A stretch of DNA of 63,850 bases, filler included, from Octopus bimaculoides (Eukaryota), in the NCBI RefSeq assembly GCF_001194135.2. It is 6 parts of 6 records of this genome, joined end to end, with 100 filler letters (N's around TTAATTAATTAA, not from the genome) between each part and the next. Parts side by side here need not be neighbours in the genome. Positions count along the whole stretch, not along the records: positions 19,643 to 28,745 come from NC_068996.1; positions 28,846 to 37,809 come from NW_026423565.1; positions 37,910 to 60,237 come from NC_068990.1; 3 more parts are not named here. The stretch is one strand, 5' to 3'. Position 1 is the first letter of the stretch. Each line of letters opens with the position of its first letter. The position numbers and the translations under genes were made by a program. The notes beneath the pieces were generated by a model. That model searched no databases and had not been told where the DNA came from. It saw only the letters and a program-made list of their open reading frames with translations. Below are positions 25,781 to 37,920 of the stretch, one piece after another.

Positions 25781-26191
25781 CTTTGGTCTCAGTATATATT
25801 TCATTTCATGATCACATGTCTATCACTGAACATATTTCATGTCACTACTTTAGCTCATGAGTTTTTGTTGTTTATTTATCCTACCCAAAACATGAGCAAT
25901 TACCTTCCCTGTCTCAAATAAAAACTATCACCAATTACCTCCCTTCAGATTTTTCTACTTTTCAATTCATTCACAAACTTTTATACTAGAATACGGACTA
26001 AACATTTTGTAAGAAATATGAAATTACAATAATTTCAATGTCATGATTAGTGAAACCAGTCGACAACCACAATACTCTTTCCTTTAAAATATATCAAAAC
26101 TATGTAAACTGTGTGCATTTTTCTTCTTTTATTATATATATATATATTATTTTGCATTACAACTCACCACAAAATTCTCTTCCTCTCTTTT

Positions 26192-26264
<73 letters not shown>

Positions 26265-26266
<2 letters not shown>

Positions 26267-26520
26267 CTGAGAATATGTATGTATATGTATGTGCATCACT
26301 AAAAGTTGAGAACTACCCAACCGATTTCATTCAAGTTTTACACATGCCTTACTTAGGGTCCATTCAGTGTCATGGGCCCCCAAAAAGTTTCAACTTCTTA
26401 CCTAATGCAAGCCCGGAGCAATCTCTTATCTCTTACACTATATCAGTATTACGTGTCAAAAGTGAAACAATAACATCTCTAATGTAATGTGAGATAATAC
26501 TTTCACTATTAATACTGAAA
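26265..26520 (+). mobile_element. Probable non-autonomous Helitron fragment
   Basis: CAACCGATTTCATTCAAGTTTTACAC motif typical of Helitron-N/HINE-like elements; assigned from recall. Confidence 0.4.
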
Positions 26521-28032
26521 CTATTATCTCACATGTATAGATGCATACACACACACACACAGACACACACATATATATATATATATAAATATTATGTTTA
26601 TATATATTTTTGCATATACATATATATATTGTGCATATATATATATATGTGTGTATATCTATTACATATATATATTATATTTATGTATATACTAGCTGGT
26701 GTACCTGGTAATTCCTGGGGGTAAAGATGTTCTATTGAAATGCCTTATTACTCTGATATAAGAAACCAATTTCCTTATAACTGTCACAAAAAGTGTATTT
26801 TCCAATGCAAAAACGTACAAAAAACTGTCAGCTGGAGGAGGGAGAGATTGTTGGAGATTGGAGAGAGAGGTTTTCAGAGGTTGGCAAGAAAGTACTCTGA
26901 CTCATCCTGGCATTTTAAAGGTGAACTTTATGAAGGCTAATGTATTACAGGTAATATATAAATGTAGTACATATGTATATGAATGAAGTGTTTAATGTTT
27001 AAGAATGAAATGAAGAAAGTGCAATAATAACATTCACACTCACTGATAGTAGCCCTCAGTAACTGCCTTTAGCTCATGGAGTTCTTCTTTTTATAACTAT
27101 TGAAAAGCAGCCAGAAAGATAGACATATTGTTGAGAACAAATGATTTTGTTGGAGATCTGTTATCTCCATTCCAACCCCTAGTGGCCTGGAAGAGGTTAG
27201 AAGGGTCAAGTGGTAACAGACATTATTCTGCTTAGTGAAGGAATCTCGGAAATGTATAACTGCTGTCATTCATAGAAAAACTATTGTTTTACTGTGAGAA
27301 AAGCGCTGTTGAAGTGTTTAATGAAATTTGGCAATTGAGGATCGAATCGACGCTAAGTCTGCAAGAAGCCACTACAAATATGTTGTGGAACAAAAAATTT
27401 ATCTACTGTCATGAAAAAAGTGTGACTGTAAAAATGCAGAATTATCAGAGTAATAGGCATTCAAAAAAGTATGTATGTATAGAAATGTATGAATAAAGTC
27501 TTCAAGGTTTAAGATTTAAATCAAGGAAATGCAATAATAATGTTTAGCAGTTTCAGCTGATCATGAGAATCAAATATTGATCGCTTCACTAAAAACTACA
27601 GGTGGTATGGGTTATTTCCCTTGGGTTGTTTAAATGAAATATTAGTAATATGTAGTAGATAGAAGGATCCATTGGAGAGGACCTATTATCGAATTTTTTC
27701 AACGATCTAAGTATGTCACGAGGTTTCCAAACTTGAGTTCTACTCATGTGTCAAATAAAGTATAAAAGTGATATTGTCAGCAAAAATTAGAAATTGGGCA
27801 CACAAAAAATCAATATTCAAAGTAATTGAACATAAACAATGAAACCTGTAAAACATTTCTAAATTCGATGGGTCAATTAGTTTTATGAAAATGTATGAAT
27901 ATTATGATTTGTAAAATAAGTATAAGTGATACACCTGAATGTGGTGTGGAAGTTTGGTTTCATTTTTTAAGAATTTTAAGCATTCAAAATATGAGTTCAT
28001 TGTACTGGGACACACTTATTAAACACATTCTT

Positions 28033-28350
28033 GAATCAAAAATTTATGTAGTGCTATCAAAAAATTTTAATTGGAAAAATACAGAATTATCAGAGTTATG
28101 CGCATTGAAAGTGTACATGCCTCAAGAAAGTGGAATAATAAGGTTTAGCAGTTCAAAACTGTGAGTAGTGAAATGCAGAATTAGGTCCACTGAATCTGGA
28201 ATCAAAAATTTATGTACTGTCAACGGAAACATTTAACTGGAAAAATGTAGAATTATCAGAATTATGGGCTTTGAAAGTGTACAATCATCAGGAAAATGCG
28301 ATAATAAGGTTTAGCAGTTGAAAACTATGAGTAGTGAAATGCAGAATTAG
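28033..28350. repeat. 166-bp tandem repeat (2 units, with a decayed unit near 27390-27560)
   Basis: GAATCAAAAATTTATG occurs at 28033 and 28199; AAATGCAGAATTAG ends at 28184 and 28350. Confidence 0.85.
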
Positions 28351-28745
28351 ATTGGCTGACATAGATTAGTAGTTAGCGACTTTGGGATCGAGGCAAAATG
28401 GGTGCCCAGAATTAGACCAGCTTGGAGGAGAAGGGTGTGGAAGCTTAAAGACCCTGCAAATGGACAGAGACTTAGAGACAAGTTACTTGAAGCATTTAAC
28501 GAAATAGAAGGGGATATAGCATCATACAACGTGGAAGACAATTGGAGATTTCTGCGGGACAACCTGTTGAAAGCCACGGACCAGATCTGTGGGTGGTGTA
28601 AGGTCCCCTCTCGACCCAGAGTAACGTGGTGGTGGAACAAGGAGGTAGACAGGGCTATTAGACAAAAGAAACAGGCTTGGAAGGACTGGAAGAACGGTGG
28701 TAGCAGGGAATTGTACCAATGTGCCAGAAGGGAGGCTAGGCGAAA
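28351..28745 (+). mobile_element. RTE LINE fragment (post-endonuclease linker)
   Basis: RRRVWKLKDP...VEDNWRFLRDNLLKATDQICGWCK...TWWWNKEVDRAI. Confidence 0.85.
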
Positions 28746-28845
28746 NNNNNNNNNNNNNNNNNNNNNNNNNNNNNNNNNNNNNNNNNNNNTTAATTAATTA
28801 ANNNNNNNNNNNNNNNNNNNNNNNNNNNNNNNNNNNNNNNNNNNN

Positions 28846-28887
28846 TTCGTTAAGAAAATACTGGTGCCCCCGTTTTGAAATAGATCC
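28846..28887. mobile_element. Right TIR end of a second Merlin-like MITE copy
   Basis: Identical to 11012-11053. Confidence 0.85.
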
Positions 28888-28888
28888 C

Positions 28889-29211
28889 TTATTCTATCAG
28901 TGTCTTTTGCCGAACTGCTAGATTACAGGGACATAAACACACCAACATCGGTNNNNNNNNNNTTTTGCCGAACTGCTAGATTACAGGGACATAAACACAC
29001 CAACATCGGTTGTCAAGCGATGGTGGAGAGACAAACACACCCACACAAGCATATACATACATGCTTCCTTCAGCTCCCATCTACCAAATCTGCTCAAAAG
29101 CTTTGGTCAGCCTGAGGCTACAGTAGAAGACACTTGCACAACATGCCATGCAGTGGGACTGAACAAAGAGCCATGTGGCCGGGAAGCAAGCTTCTTACCA
29201 CACAGCCACGC
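28889..29211 (-). mobile_element. Abundant SINE copy
   Basis: Homologous to 14526-14952. Confidence 0.85.
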
Positions 29212-29349
29212 TGTGTATATATATATACACACACATATATATATATACACACACACATATANNNNNNNNNNATATACACACACATATATATATATACACA
29301 CACACATATATATATATATATGAAATTTTTAATTAATCAACGGATATAC

Positions 29350-29448
29350 TAAGTATGTCTACCTGCTTGAAATAACAGTAAAAACTCATTAAATCGCCAA
29401 AAAATACAGTGAGTTTTGACTGTTATTTCAAGCAGGTAGACATACTTA
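29350..29448. repeat. Hairpin with 39-bp arms (1 mismatch) and 21-nt loop
   Basis: TAAGTATGTCTACCTGCTTGAAATAACAGTAAAAACTCA ... TGAGTTTTGACTGTTATTTCAAGCAGGTAGACATACTTA. Confidence 0.9.
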
Positions 29449-30624
29449 TTANNNNNNNNNNCTGTTATTTCAAGCAGGTAGACATACTTATTATGTCCTT
29501 TGATTAATTTTAATCCCATGGCTATTTAAATGCTATTTTTTGACCTGCTGTCGCCTGTATTGTTGATTCTGTTATTATCATTCTTAAATTAGTGACATTG
29601 GATNNNNNNNNNNNNNNNNNNNNNNNNNNNNNNNNNNNNNNNNNNNNNNNNNNNNNNNNNNNNNNNNNNNNNNNNNNNNNNNNNNNNNNNNNNNNNNNNN
29701 NNNNNNNNNNNNNNNNNNNNNNNNNNNNNNNNNNNNNGGTGTAGAAAACAAATAGATGTATTAGTATACCGCTCGGGAATTGAAAAAAGTCTTTAACGTT
29801 TCAAGTCTACGCTCTTCCACAGAAAGGAACACACAAAGAAACAAGGAGAGAGAAAAAAAATGTGTGTNNNNNNNNNNACAGAAAGGAACACACAAAGAAA
29901 CAAGGAGAGAGAAAAAAAATGTGTGTAGTGGTTAGCGATCTATAGCCAAGACTTTCGCTATGCTGTCTCTCTTCTTTCACCTCTTTGTGGGGTAATAATC
30001 TTCATCTTTAGTTACAGTTCCTCATTCAAACTATATAATACACAGNNNNNNNNNNNNNNNNNNNNNNNNNNNNNNNNNNNNNNNNNNNNNNNNNNNNNNN
30101 NNNNNNNNNNNNNNNNNNNNNNNNNNNNNNNNNCATGTAGAGGTCTGAACTTAATTTTCATTCACATATTTGCATTTCAAAAAGTTAACACAATCTTTTC
30201 CCTAAATCAACTATCGTAAAAATTTTCTACCATGACCTCACATTTTCTATGTNNNNNNNNNNATCGTAAAAATTTTCTACCATGACCTCACATTTTCTAT
30301 GTATGTGTGTGTGCCTTAAAAGATGTGATTAGACAGAGGTCCATTAAGAATACCTCTCAGAAACAGACTACGTATAAATTCTTTCTTCACAACTTCTGGA
30401 GCTATTTTCTGACAGTGGGGTGGGGTGGGGGCAGAAAAATTTCATACAACTGGAGGCTCCAATAGAAACAGGGGACCCGAAATAAGGCTGAAAAACGCTG
30501 TTATAGATTATGCCTAACCAAAAACAATCACAGCCACANNNNNNNNNNTATAGATTATGCCTAACCAAAAACAATCACAGCCACATCATCCAAACAGATC
30601 GAGTGAAACCAGACTTATCTGCTA

Positions 30625-30658
<34 letters not shown>

Positions 30659-30669
30659 NNNNNNNNNNA

Positions 30670-30700
<31 letters not shown>

Positions 30701-30704
<4 letters not shown>

Positions 30705-30889
30705 GAGTAGAACAGCTAGTTTTAAATCTCTGAATGAGATTTAAGTAGTAACTATACTGCATAGTTAAAAGGTAGTAACATGGTCCTGCACAGGACTGCC
30801 ACCTTATGTTAGCAAATCGATTTTACTATGCAGTATAGTTACTTCTTAGATCTCATTCAGAGATTTAAAACTAGCTGCTTTACTCATTA
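30701..30889. mobile_element. Fold-back MITE with ~65-bp inverted arms
   Basis: TAATGAGTAGAACAGCTAGTTTTAAATCTCTGAATGAGAT... and its reverse complement, with a few mismatches. Confidence 0.8.
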
Positions 30890-32996
30890 CAAGATCAGTG
30901 ACTCTCTGTCACTTCTATATTTATATACTGTAAGCATTTTTTTTCTCATCAATTAAAACCAGCTGAACGTCGTTACAGTACGTTTGATNNNNNNNNNNNN
31001 NNNNNNNNNNNNNNNNNNNNNNNNNNNNNNNNNNNNNNNNNNNNNNNNNNNNNNNNNNNNNNNNNNNNNNNNNNNNNNNNNNNNNNNNNNNNNNNNNNNN
31101 NNNTGGACTACATTTCCCAGTTCACGAGTGACATTCGGCATATACCTGGAACAAAGAACGTGCCTGCTGACGCAGTCTCTCGTCTCCCTGTATGTTCTCT
31201 TTCAACTCCTGCTGCAATCGATTTANNNNNNNNNNNNNNNNNNNNNNNNNNNNNNNNNNNNNNNNNNNNNNNNNNNNNNNNNNNNNNNNNNNNNNNNNNN
31301 NNNNNNNNNNCTATCTTCCACTTCCATCTGCTGACGGCACAATCCTTTGTGACACAGCTATTGGTTCTCCCAGACCGTTTGTTCCTGCGACCCACCAGCG
31401 TTCTGTTTCGATGCCTTGCATTCACTATCACATCCTGGCATTGCTGCCCAAGTGAAGCTTATTACGGCTCAGTTTTTCTGGCCTAATATGCGCCATATTA
31501 TCACCGCTTGGACACACGCTCTTGTGCGAAATGCCAGCGTTCTAAAGTCCACAGGCACATTCGTGCTCCTCTTGGATAGTTTTCTCCACCGGAGACTCGC
31601 TTTCGCCATGTCCACGTTGATCTGGTTGGACCATGGCCTGTCAGTCGCAGGTTCTCTTACATGTTGACATGCGTTGATCGTTTCTCTCGTTGACCTGAAG
31701 CCATTCCAATAGTGGACATTTCCGCTGAGTCAGTTGCTCNNNNNNNNNNNNNNNACTGGATTGCTCGCTTTGGTGTCCCAGCTAAAATAACCACTGATCG
31801 TGGATGACTGTTCGAAGCCTCCTTATTTCGTGAACTGTCACAAACACTAGGTGTTCATCATATTCGTATGACCAGCTACCATCCAGCTTCCAACGGGATG
31901 GTTGAACGTTTTCACAGGCAACTGAAGGCTGCTCTACGCGCCACTCCTGATCCACAGTCNNNNNNNNNNTCACAGGCAACTGAAGGCTGCTCTACGCGCC
32001 ACTCCTGATCCACAGTCTTAGACAGGAATTCCTGCCTATCGTTCTTCTTGATGGTCGCACTGCTACTAAGACAGACTTAGGTTTCTCCTCTGCTGAACTC
32101 CTTTACGGTACCATCCTGGCNNNNNNNNNNAGACTTAGGTTTCTCCTCTGCTGAACTCCTTTACGGTACCATCCTGGCACAATGTTTGGCATCAGACAAT
32201 TCATCACGTCCTGATTCAACGTCGTATGTCACCAGACTTCGCTTGTATTTCTCAAATCTTCCACCCATGCATCCGCGTGACCAATCTATTCCCTCTCACA
32301 TCCCACCAGACATTGACAAATGGACTCACGTTTTTGTTCGGGATGATTCTGTCAAGGGACCTCTCGTTTCTTCTTATAAGGGACCATTTTGTGTGCTATC
32401 ACGCACACCCAAAACTTTTAGTCTCGACATCAATGGTCGGGCAGAGACTGTGTCTGTCGACAGACTTAAAAGGGCACATTTTGAAGTGTCCGCACCCTTC
32501 GATGACACCCCAACCACGCCGACCTTTGATCCTTTACAACCACCTACACATGCACCTTTGACCACACCATCACCTCCACCTTCGTCGCCACTACCTAACA
32601 TGAACAAACCTTATGTCACNNNNNNNNNNCACCTCCACCTTCGTCGCCACTACCTAACATGAACAAACCTTATGTCACCAGGACAGACCGCACTGTGCAT
32701 TGGCCCAAACAAACTCACTAGAACTATTTACANNNNNNNNNNCAGACCGCACTGTGCATTGGCCCAAACAAACTCACTAGAACTATTTACATCTAACTTT
32801 TTTCCTTTTTCTTCCTGTGATAGACAATTGTTTTCTTGTAGACTGAACAATACCGATGCCTTGTCATTGAACTCTGTAAAATAATGTTTTGTNNNNNNNN
32901 NNNNNNNNNNNNNNNNNNNNNNNNNTTCTCAATTTCACATTTTGTATTATATTTTGTACCACATCTTGTTGTTTGCTTTCTTGTACATGCTCCAGT

Positions 32997-35043
32997 TATA
33001 GAAAAGTTGGTTATACACCATTAGGTGTACACCTGCTTTCCTATATTAAATTCTGAATAAACAGAACGCAGAACTCCGAACTATCAACACAACGATATTT
33101 ATTTATGTAGGAAAATAGACATCTTTAATCTTGGTTGTTGAGACGCCTTCTGTGAGAGAACATGGTTGCTGAGACGTTGGAATGTTGATGTGAGCTGTCC
33201 CCAGAGTTGANNNNNNNNNNNNNNNNNNNNNNNNNNNNNNNNNNNNNNNNNNNNNNNNNNNNNNNNNNNNNNNNNNNNNNNNNNNNNNNNNNNNNNNNNN
33301 NNNNNNNNNNNNNNNNNNNNNNNNNNNNNNNNNNNNNNNNNNNNNNNNNNNNNNNNNNNNNNNNNNNNNNGCTCCCCTTGCCAGTGCGGAACGCACGAAA
33401 ATAGAAAATTGGAGGAACGCTTGAGGCAGGATGGCCACTGAAAACCACCCACAAAGAAAATCAAAGAAATGAATGTACACTTGTGAGATACATGCATGCN
33501 NNNNNNNNNNNNNNNNNNNNNNNNNNNNNNNNAAGTAATATGGGCAGTAAATGCCACCTAGTGAAAAACAAATGAGACAATGTTAAAACAATCGTGATGA
33601 CCACTGTCCAGGAACTGATATCACGAGATGTAAAAGTCTGATTGTTTGTTTTTTTTCTGAAAGGAAAGAAAATGTATGAGTGCACAAGTGTGTGTGTGAG
33701 NNNNNNNNNNNNNNNNNNNNNNNNNNNNNNNNNNNNNNNNNNNNNNNNNNNNNNNNNNNNNNNNNNNNNNNNNNNNNNNNNNNNNNNNNNNNNNNNNTTA
33801 TAGCATGTCCATACGCAGGAAGTTGTGGTCAAAGGAGCAGAGCTGTATTTGAGCGTCGGATGCTGGGACTTGTGTTACCTGGTACGGAATATCCTATAAA
33901 AGTTACACNNNNNNNNNNNNNNNNNNNNNNNNNNNNNNNNNNNNNNNNNNNNNNNNNNNNNNNNNNNNNNNNNNNNNNNNNNNNNNNNNNNNNNNNNNNN
34001 NNNNNNNNNNNNNNNNNNNNNNNNNNNNNNNNNNNNNNNNNNNNNNNNNCTGGAAAATGCTGTCATGAATTCGGAGCTGCGAGCGAAAATGACCAAAGAA
34101 TCCCGATGCAAATAAAGATAAGCCAATAACTCTTCCATTCTCCGGCCGAGAGAAACGGAGAGGTGTGAAATATGCTNNNNNNNNNNNNNNNNNNNNNNNN
34201 NNNNNNNNNNNNNNNNNNNNNNNNNNNNNNNNNNNNNNNNNNNNNNNNNNNNNNNNNNNNNNNNNNNNNNNNNNNNNNNNNNNNNNNNNNNNNNNNNNNN
34301 NNNNNNNNNNNNNNNNNNNNNNNNNNNNNNNNNNNNNNNNNNNNNNNNNNNNNNNNNNNNNNNNNNNNNNNNNNNNNNNNNNNNNNNNNNNNNNNNNNNN
34401 NNNNNNNNNNNNNNNNNNNNNNNNNNNNNNNNNNNNNNNNNNNNNNNNNNNNNNNNNNNNNNNNNNNNNNNNNNNNNNNNNNNNNNNNNNNNNNNNNNNN
34501 NNNNNNNNNNNNNNNNNNNNNNNNNNNNNNNNNNNNNNNNNNNNNNNNNNNNNNTGTTGTTGTAGCTCAGCGGGCTGCGTGTTTGAATCACGTCGGGGTC
34601 ACCAATTATAGGAATAGTGGTTATGTGAACTTTTCAAATTGGCTGCGTGTTTGAATCACGTCGGGGTCACCACTTTTTAGGAAAGTGGTTATACACCATT
34701 AGGTGTACACCTGCTTTCCTATNNNNNNNNNNTGGTTATACACCATTAGGTGTACACCTGCTTTCCTATATTAAATTAGGAAATAACGGAACGCAGAACT
34801 CCGAACTATCAACACAACAATATTTATTTATGGTNNNNNNNNNNNNNNNNNNNNNNNNNNNNNNNNNNNNNNNNNNNNNNNNNNNNNNNNNNNNNNNNNN
34901 NNNNNNNNNNNNNNNNNNNNNNNNNNNNNNNNNNNTGTTGATGTGAGCTGTCCCCAGAGTTGGAATGATGGAGAGACAGCTTGACGCGTCCATACTCATA
35001 GCGCACGAGACTACGCATGCGCACGAGACACGGCGTTACTACA
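32997..35043 (-). mobile_element. Non-autonomous LTR retroelement (~2 kb) nested in the Gypsy 3' UTR
   Basis: A 4-bp TSD CAGT sits at 32993-32996 and 35044-35047. Two homologous LTRs of ~370 bp (32997-~33370 and ~34676-35043) are present, with a PPT AAGGGGAGC at ~33371-33379 on minus and a PBS beside the 5' LTR. Confidence 0.85.
34573..34672 (-). promoter_or_regulatory. Tandemly duplicated tRNA-Trp primer-binding site, 32 nt each
   Basis: The plus strand carries GGCTGCGTGTTTGAATCACGTCGGGGTCACCA twice (34573-34604 and 34641-34672). This is the 3' end of eukaryotic tRNA-Trp including CCA. Confidence 0.85.
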
Positions 35044-36048
35044 CAGTCATTCTAATTTTTACACTGGTGTTCTCGGGGGAGGGGAGCTCCTGTAGCGTGA
35101 CACAAGAAGCCAGTGCCATTTTATACGAGATCTCGCCGGCGGCCATTGCTAGGTTCGAGAAAAGAGCGAAATCTTGCCTACAACCATGTTTGCCATGCGC
35201 GTGACCACAGTGAGGCTCTCGTGGGCAACATCTATTTAAGGAGGTGTATTGAACAATCCCACTCTCTTCTCTCGCGTTGGCGTTCACATTGAACAACACT
35301 GCAACCTAGCAGCTCACAGCGGGTTCTTAACCCGCTCTAACTTTACCCGTTATCTGCAGAGGTAATGTACCTCTCACGAACGGAGCTAATGAACTACGTA
35401 CTGACATACAGATGGTCGCCGGGAGCAAACCCCATGAAATGAGAACCAATTAAACAACCATTGAATTGCATCCACTTGTAAACCTCTTCTTCTTCTTCAA
35501 TTTCCAGAATCCTAAGACTACAGAAAATAATTGTAATGGGAGAAGGAGATACTTCACAGGTATCAGTAACCTTCTAGTCCCATTATAGACAGTTCGACAG
35601 GAGCTGACCAGGCAGAAGACTGCACCAGACTTCTGTTTGTTTTGGCATTGTTTTTATGGCTGGATGCCCTTTAAAAAAAGTGTTATTAATATGAAAAAAT
35701 TGTGAATCAAATGTTTTAATGTTCACAAGAATATGTAAGTAGATTTAAAAGTTGTTGGTCACCATATTTGTCTCTGATTGATCATTGTTCTGAAGAACAT
35801 ACCCACAAAACACACACACATACATGCAAGGAGGATAGAGGAATAACCCAGCTTCGAATTTTTTTACACATTCTTTATAATAACCACTATCTGCATATTT
35901 TAATAATACATTGACAGTCTTTCTCTTTCTCTCTCTCTTTGTTCTCCCTTTCCTTCCCTCTCTCTCTTTCTCTCCCTTTCCCTTCATCCCCCATCTTTCC
36001 CCACTCTCCCTGTCTACTGCCCGAATACAAATAATTGATTTATAAGCA

Positions 36049-37809
36049 CTAGCAGAATCACCGCCCTCCAGGTGGTCGATTCAACTAGTAAATATCTGAA
36101 CTCCTGTTTGTAGTTTGAAAGTAAAATGTGAAACTTACTACAATTTTCTTAAAGAATTTNNNNNNNNNNTAGTTTGAAAGTAAAATGTGAAACTTACTAC
36201 AATTTTCTTAAAGAATTTCCTTATTGACAATGTTGCCAGTGTAGATTCCTTTCATATCCTTATACCCTGAATCCAAAGCCAATATTATATGCACATTGTT
36301 CCCAGAACCAAAGCCAATACATGCACATTATTCCCAGAAACAAAGCCAATATATGCCCATTGATCCTAGAACTTTGGATTGGTTGTCATAGTGATGAAGT
36401 AGTCTGGTTTTCCAAACTCTCTCACCAAANNNNNNNNNNGGTTGTCATAGTGATGAAGTAGTCTGGTTTTCCAAACTCTCTCACCAAAGCCATTCCAGCT
36501 TGGAAACACTCCCTGTAAAACCAAGAACCAATATGTGATGGCAGAAGAATGATTTTAGACCCTATGTCATTCATGTCACCATTTGCAATAGCATCCAGAA
36601 GGCCCTGGTACTTTTCAGNNNNNNNNNNTTCATGTCACCATTTGCAATAGCATCCAGAAGGCCCTGGTACTTTTCAGCCTTAACCTGTTTCTGATGAATT
36701 CTAAGGAAGTGTAATCGATCTTGCTCTATCTTTGCATATTGATCTACTGCATATTGTTNNNNNNNNNNCTTTGCATATTGATCTACTGCATATTGTTGCA
36801 TCAGACGTCTACTTTTCACTATGCCATTGAACTCGTCCTTTCTTACCTGAACCGATAAGAACAAAAGTCACATTCAGTGATATTTTTACTTCGGTCATTG
36901 TCTTTCAAGAGCACATTCCAGCCATCTTCCCCGTAGGTAAACAGAAATACATAATGAAGACGGTCATAGCTTTGACTAATGTAGTCTAACTTCCCATTGC
37001 TCTCTCTGTACTGCACAACAGCATCCGCAGGTTTAATGTTTGGATTATTGGTATCATCTCCCACCATGATCACAGCANNNNNNNNNNAATGTTTGGATTA
37101 TTGGTATCATCTCCCACCATGATCACAGCAACTTCTGCTGCAGTCAGTGGATTATAGGTTCTCTCATGTGTCCCAGCAGGAATCAGCTGTTTGTCATGAC
37201 TTATAATATTATCACTGGTAGAACATTTTCCTGGTGCAGAGTATTCTTTAATTATATTAGTAGCCTGTTTAAAACTTTTGACATATGGATTATGCATATG
37301 CAGTGCTCTTTACAAGTCTAGCAGGATGTCCTCATTAAGGTCATTGTCAGCTTCTCTGAAATGACAACCTGTTTCTCATCTCATTTTCAGTATCAATGAA
37401 ATATAACTATGCGTAGACTGGCTTCCTATTTACTGCTGGTAGGAGACTTTCTATGCAGTTGTACAACTTTCATTGAATCTTGAAAGTGCTACCATAAAAA
37501 AGCATAAAAGCGCTACCACCTTGTGGTCCAGCTGGTGGATTATCCAGTCCAAGTGAAGCCATAGCCAGTAAATTATTGTAGNNNNNNNNNNNNNNNNNNN
37601 NNNNNNNNNNNNNNNNNNNNNNNNNNNNNNNNNNNNNNNNNNNNNNNNNNNNNNNNNNNNNTTTTTTTTTTTTTATCTGTGGAACTTTGTCATTGCTAAT
37701 TTTTCCTTTGCCACAGCAGGGGGTAGTTTTCTCAGAACTCTAAAGGTAAGCTATGCAGCCAGGGCATGTTCTGTTAAAAATGTTTCCACAGTAGTGCAAC
37801 ATAAGGCTT
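36049..37809 (-). mobile_element. Internally deleted Helitron (Rep N-terminal region fused to the helicase C-terminus, 3' hairpin plus CTAG)
   Basis: HNPYVKSFK, AAEVAVIMVG, RLMQQYAVDQYAKIE and GKPDYFITMTTNPK are followed by YTGNIVNKEIL*. A degenerate hairpin then CTAG|T lies at 36049. Confidence 0.85.
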
Positions 37810-37920
37810 NNNNNNNNNNNNNNNNNNNNNNNNNNNNNNNNNNNNNNNNNNNNTTAATTAATTAANNNNNNNNNNNNNNNNNNNNNNNNNNNNNNNNNNN
37901 NNNNNNNNNAAATATATATA

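Larger units (their letters stand above)
31104..35303 (+). mobile_element. Gypsy LTR retrotransposon 3' part (RNase H end, integrase, PPT, 3' LTR 35091-35303)
   Basis: DYISQFTSDIRHIPGTKNVPADAVSRL, HSLSHPG, WIARFGVP, YHPASNGMVERFHRQLK and ETVSVDRLK. PPT GGGGGAGGGG precedes TGTAGC at 35091. Confidence 0.9.

Noticed and set aside
35485-35565. 52-nt AG/GT-bounded mini-exon
   Set aside because: No recognisable protein similarity, and it sits between TE remnants.
28930-37100. Many short direct duplications flanking 10-N gaps
   Set aside because: They are unmerged contig overlaps: each duplicate is split exactly by N10.
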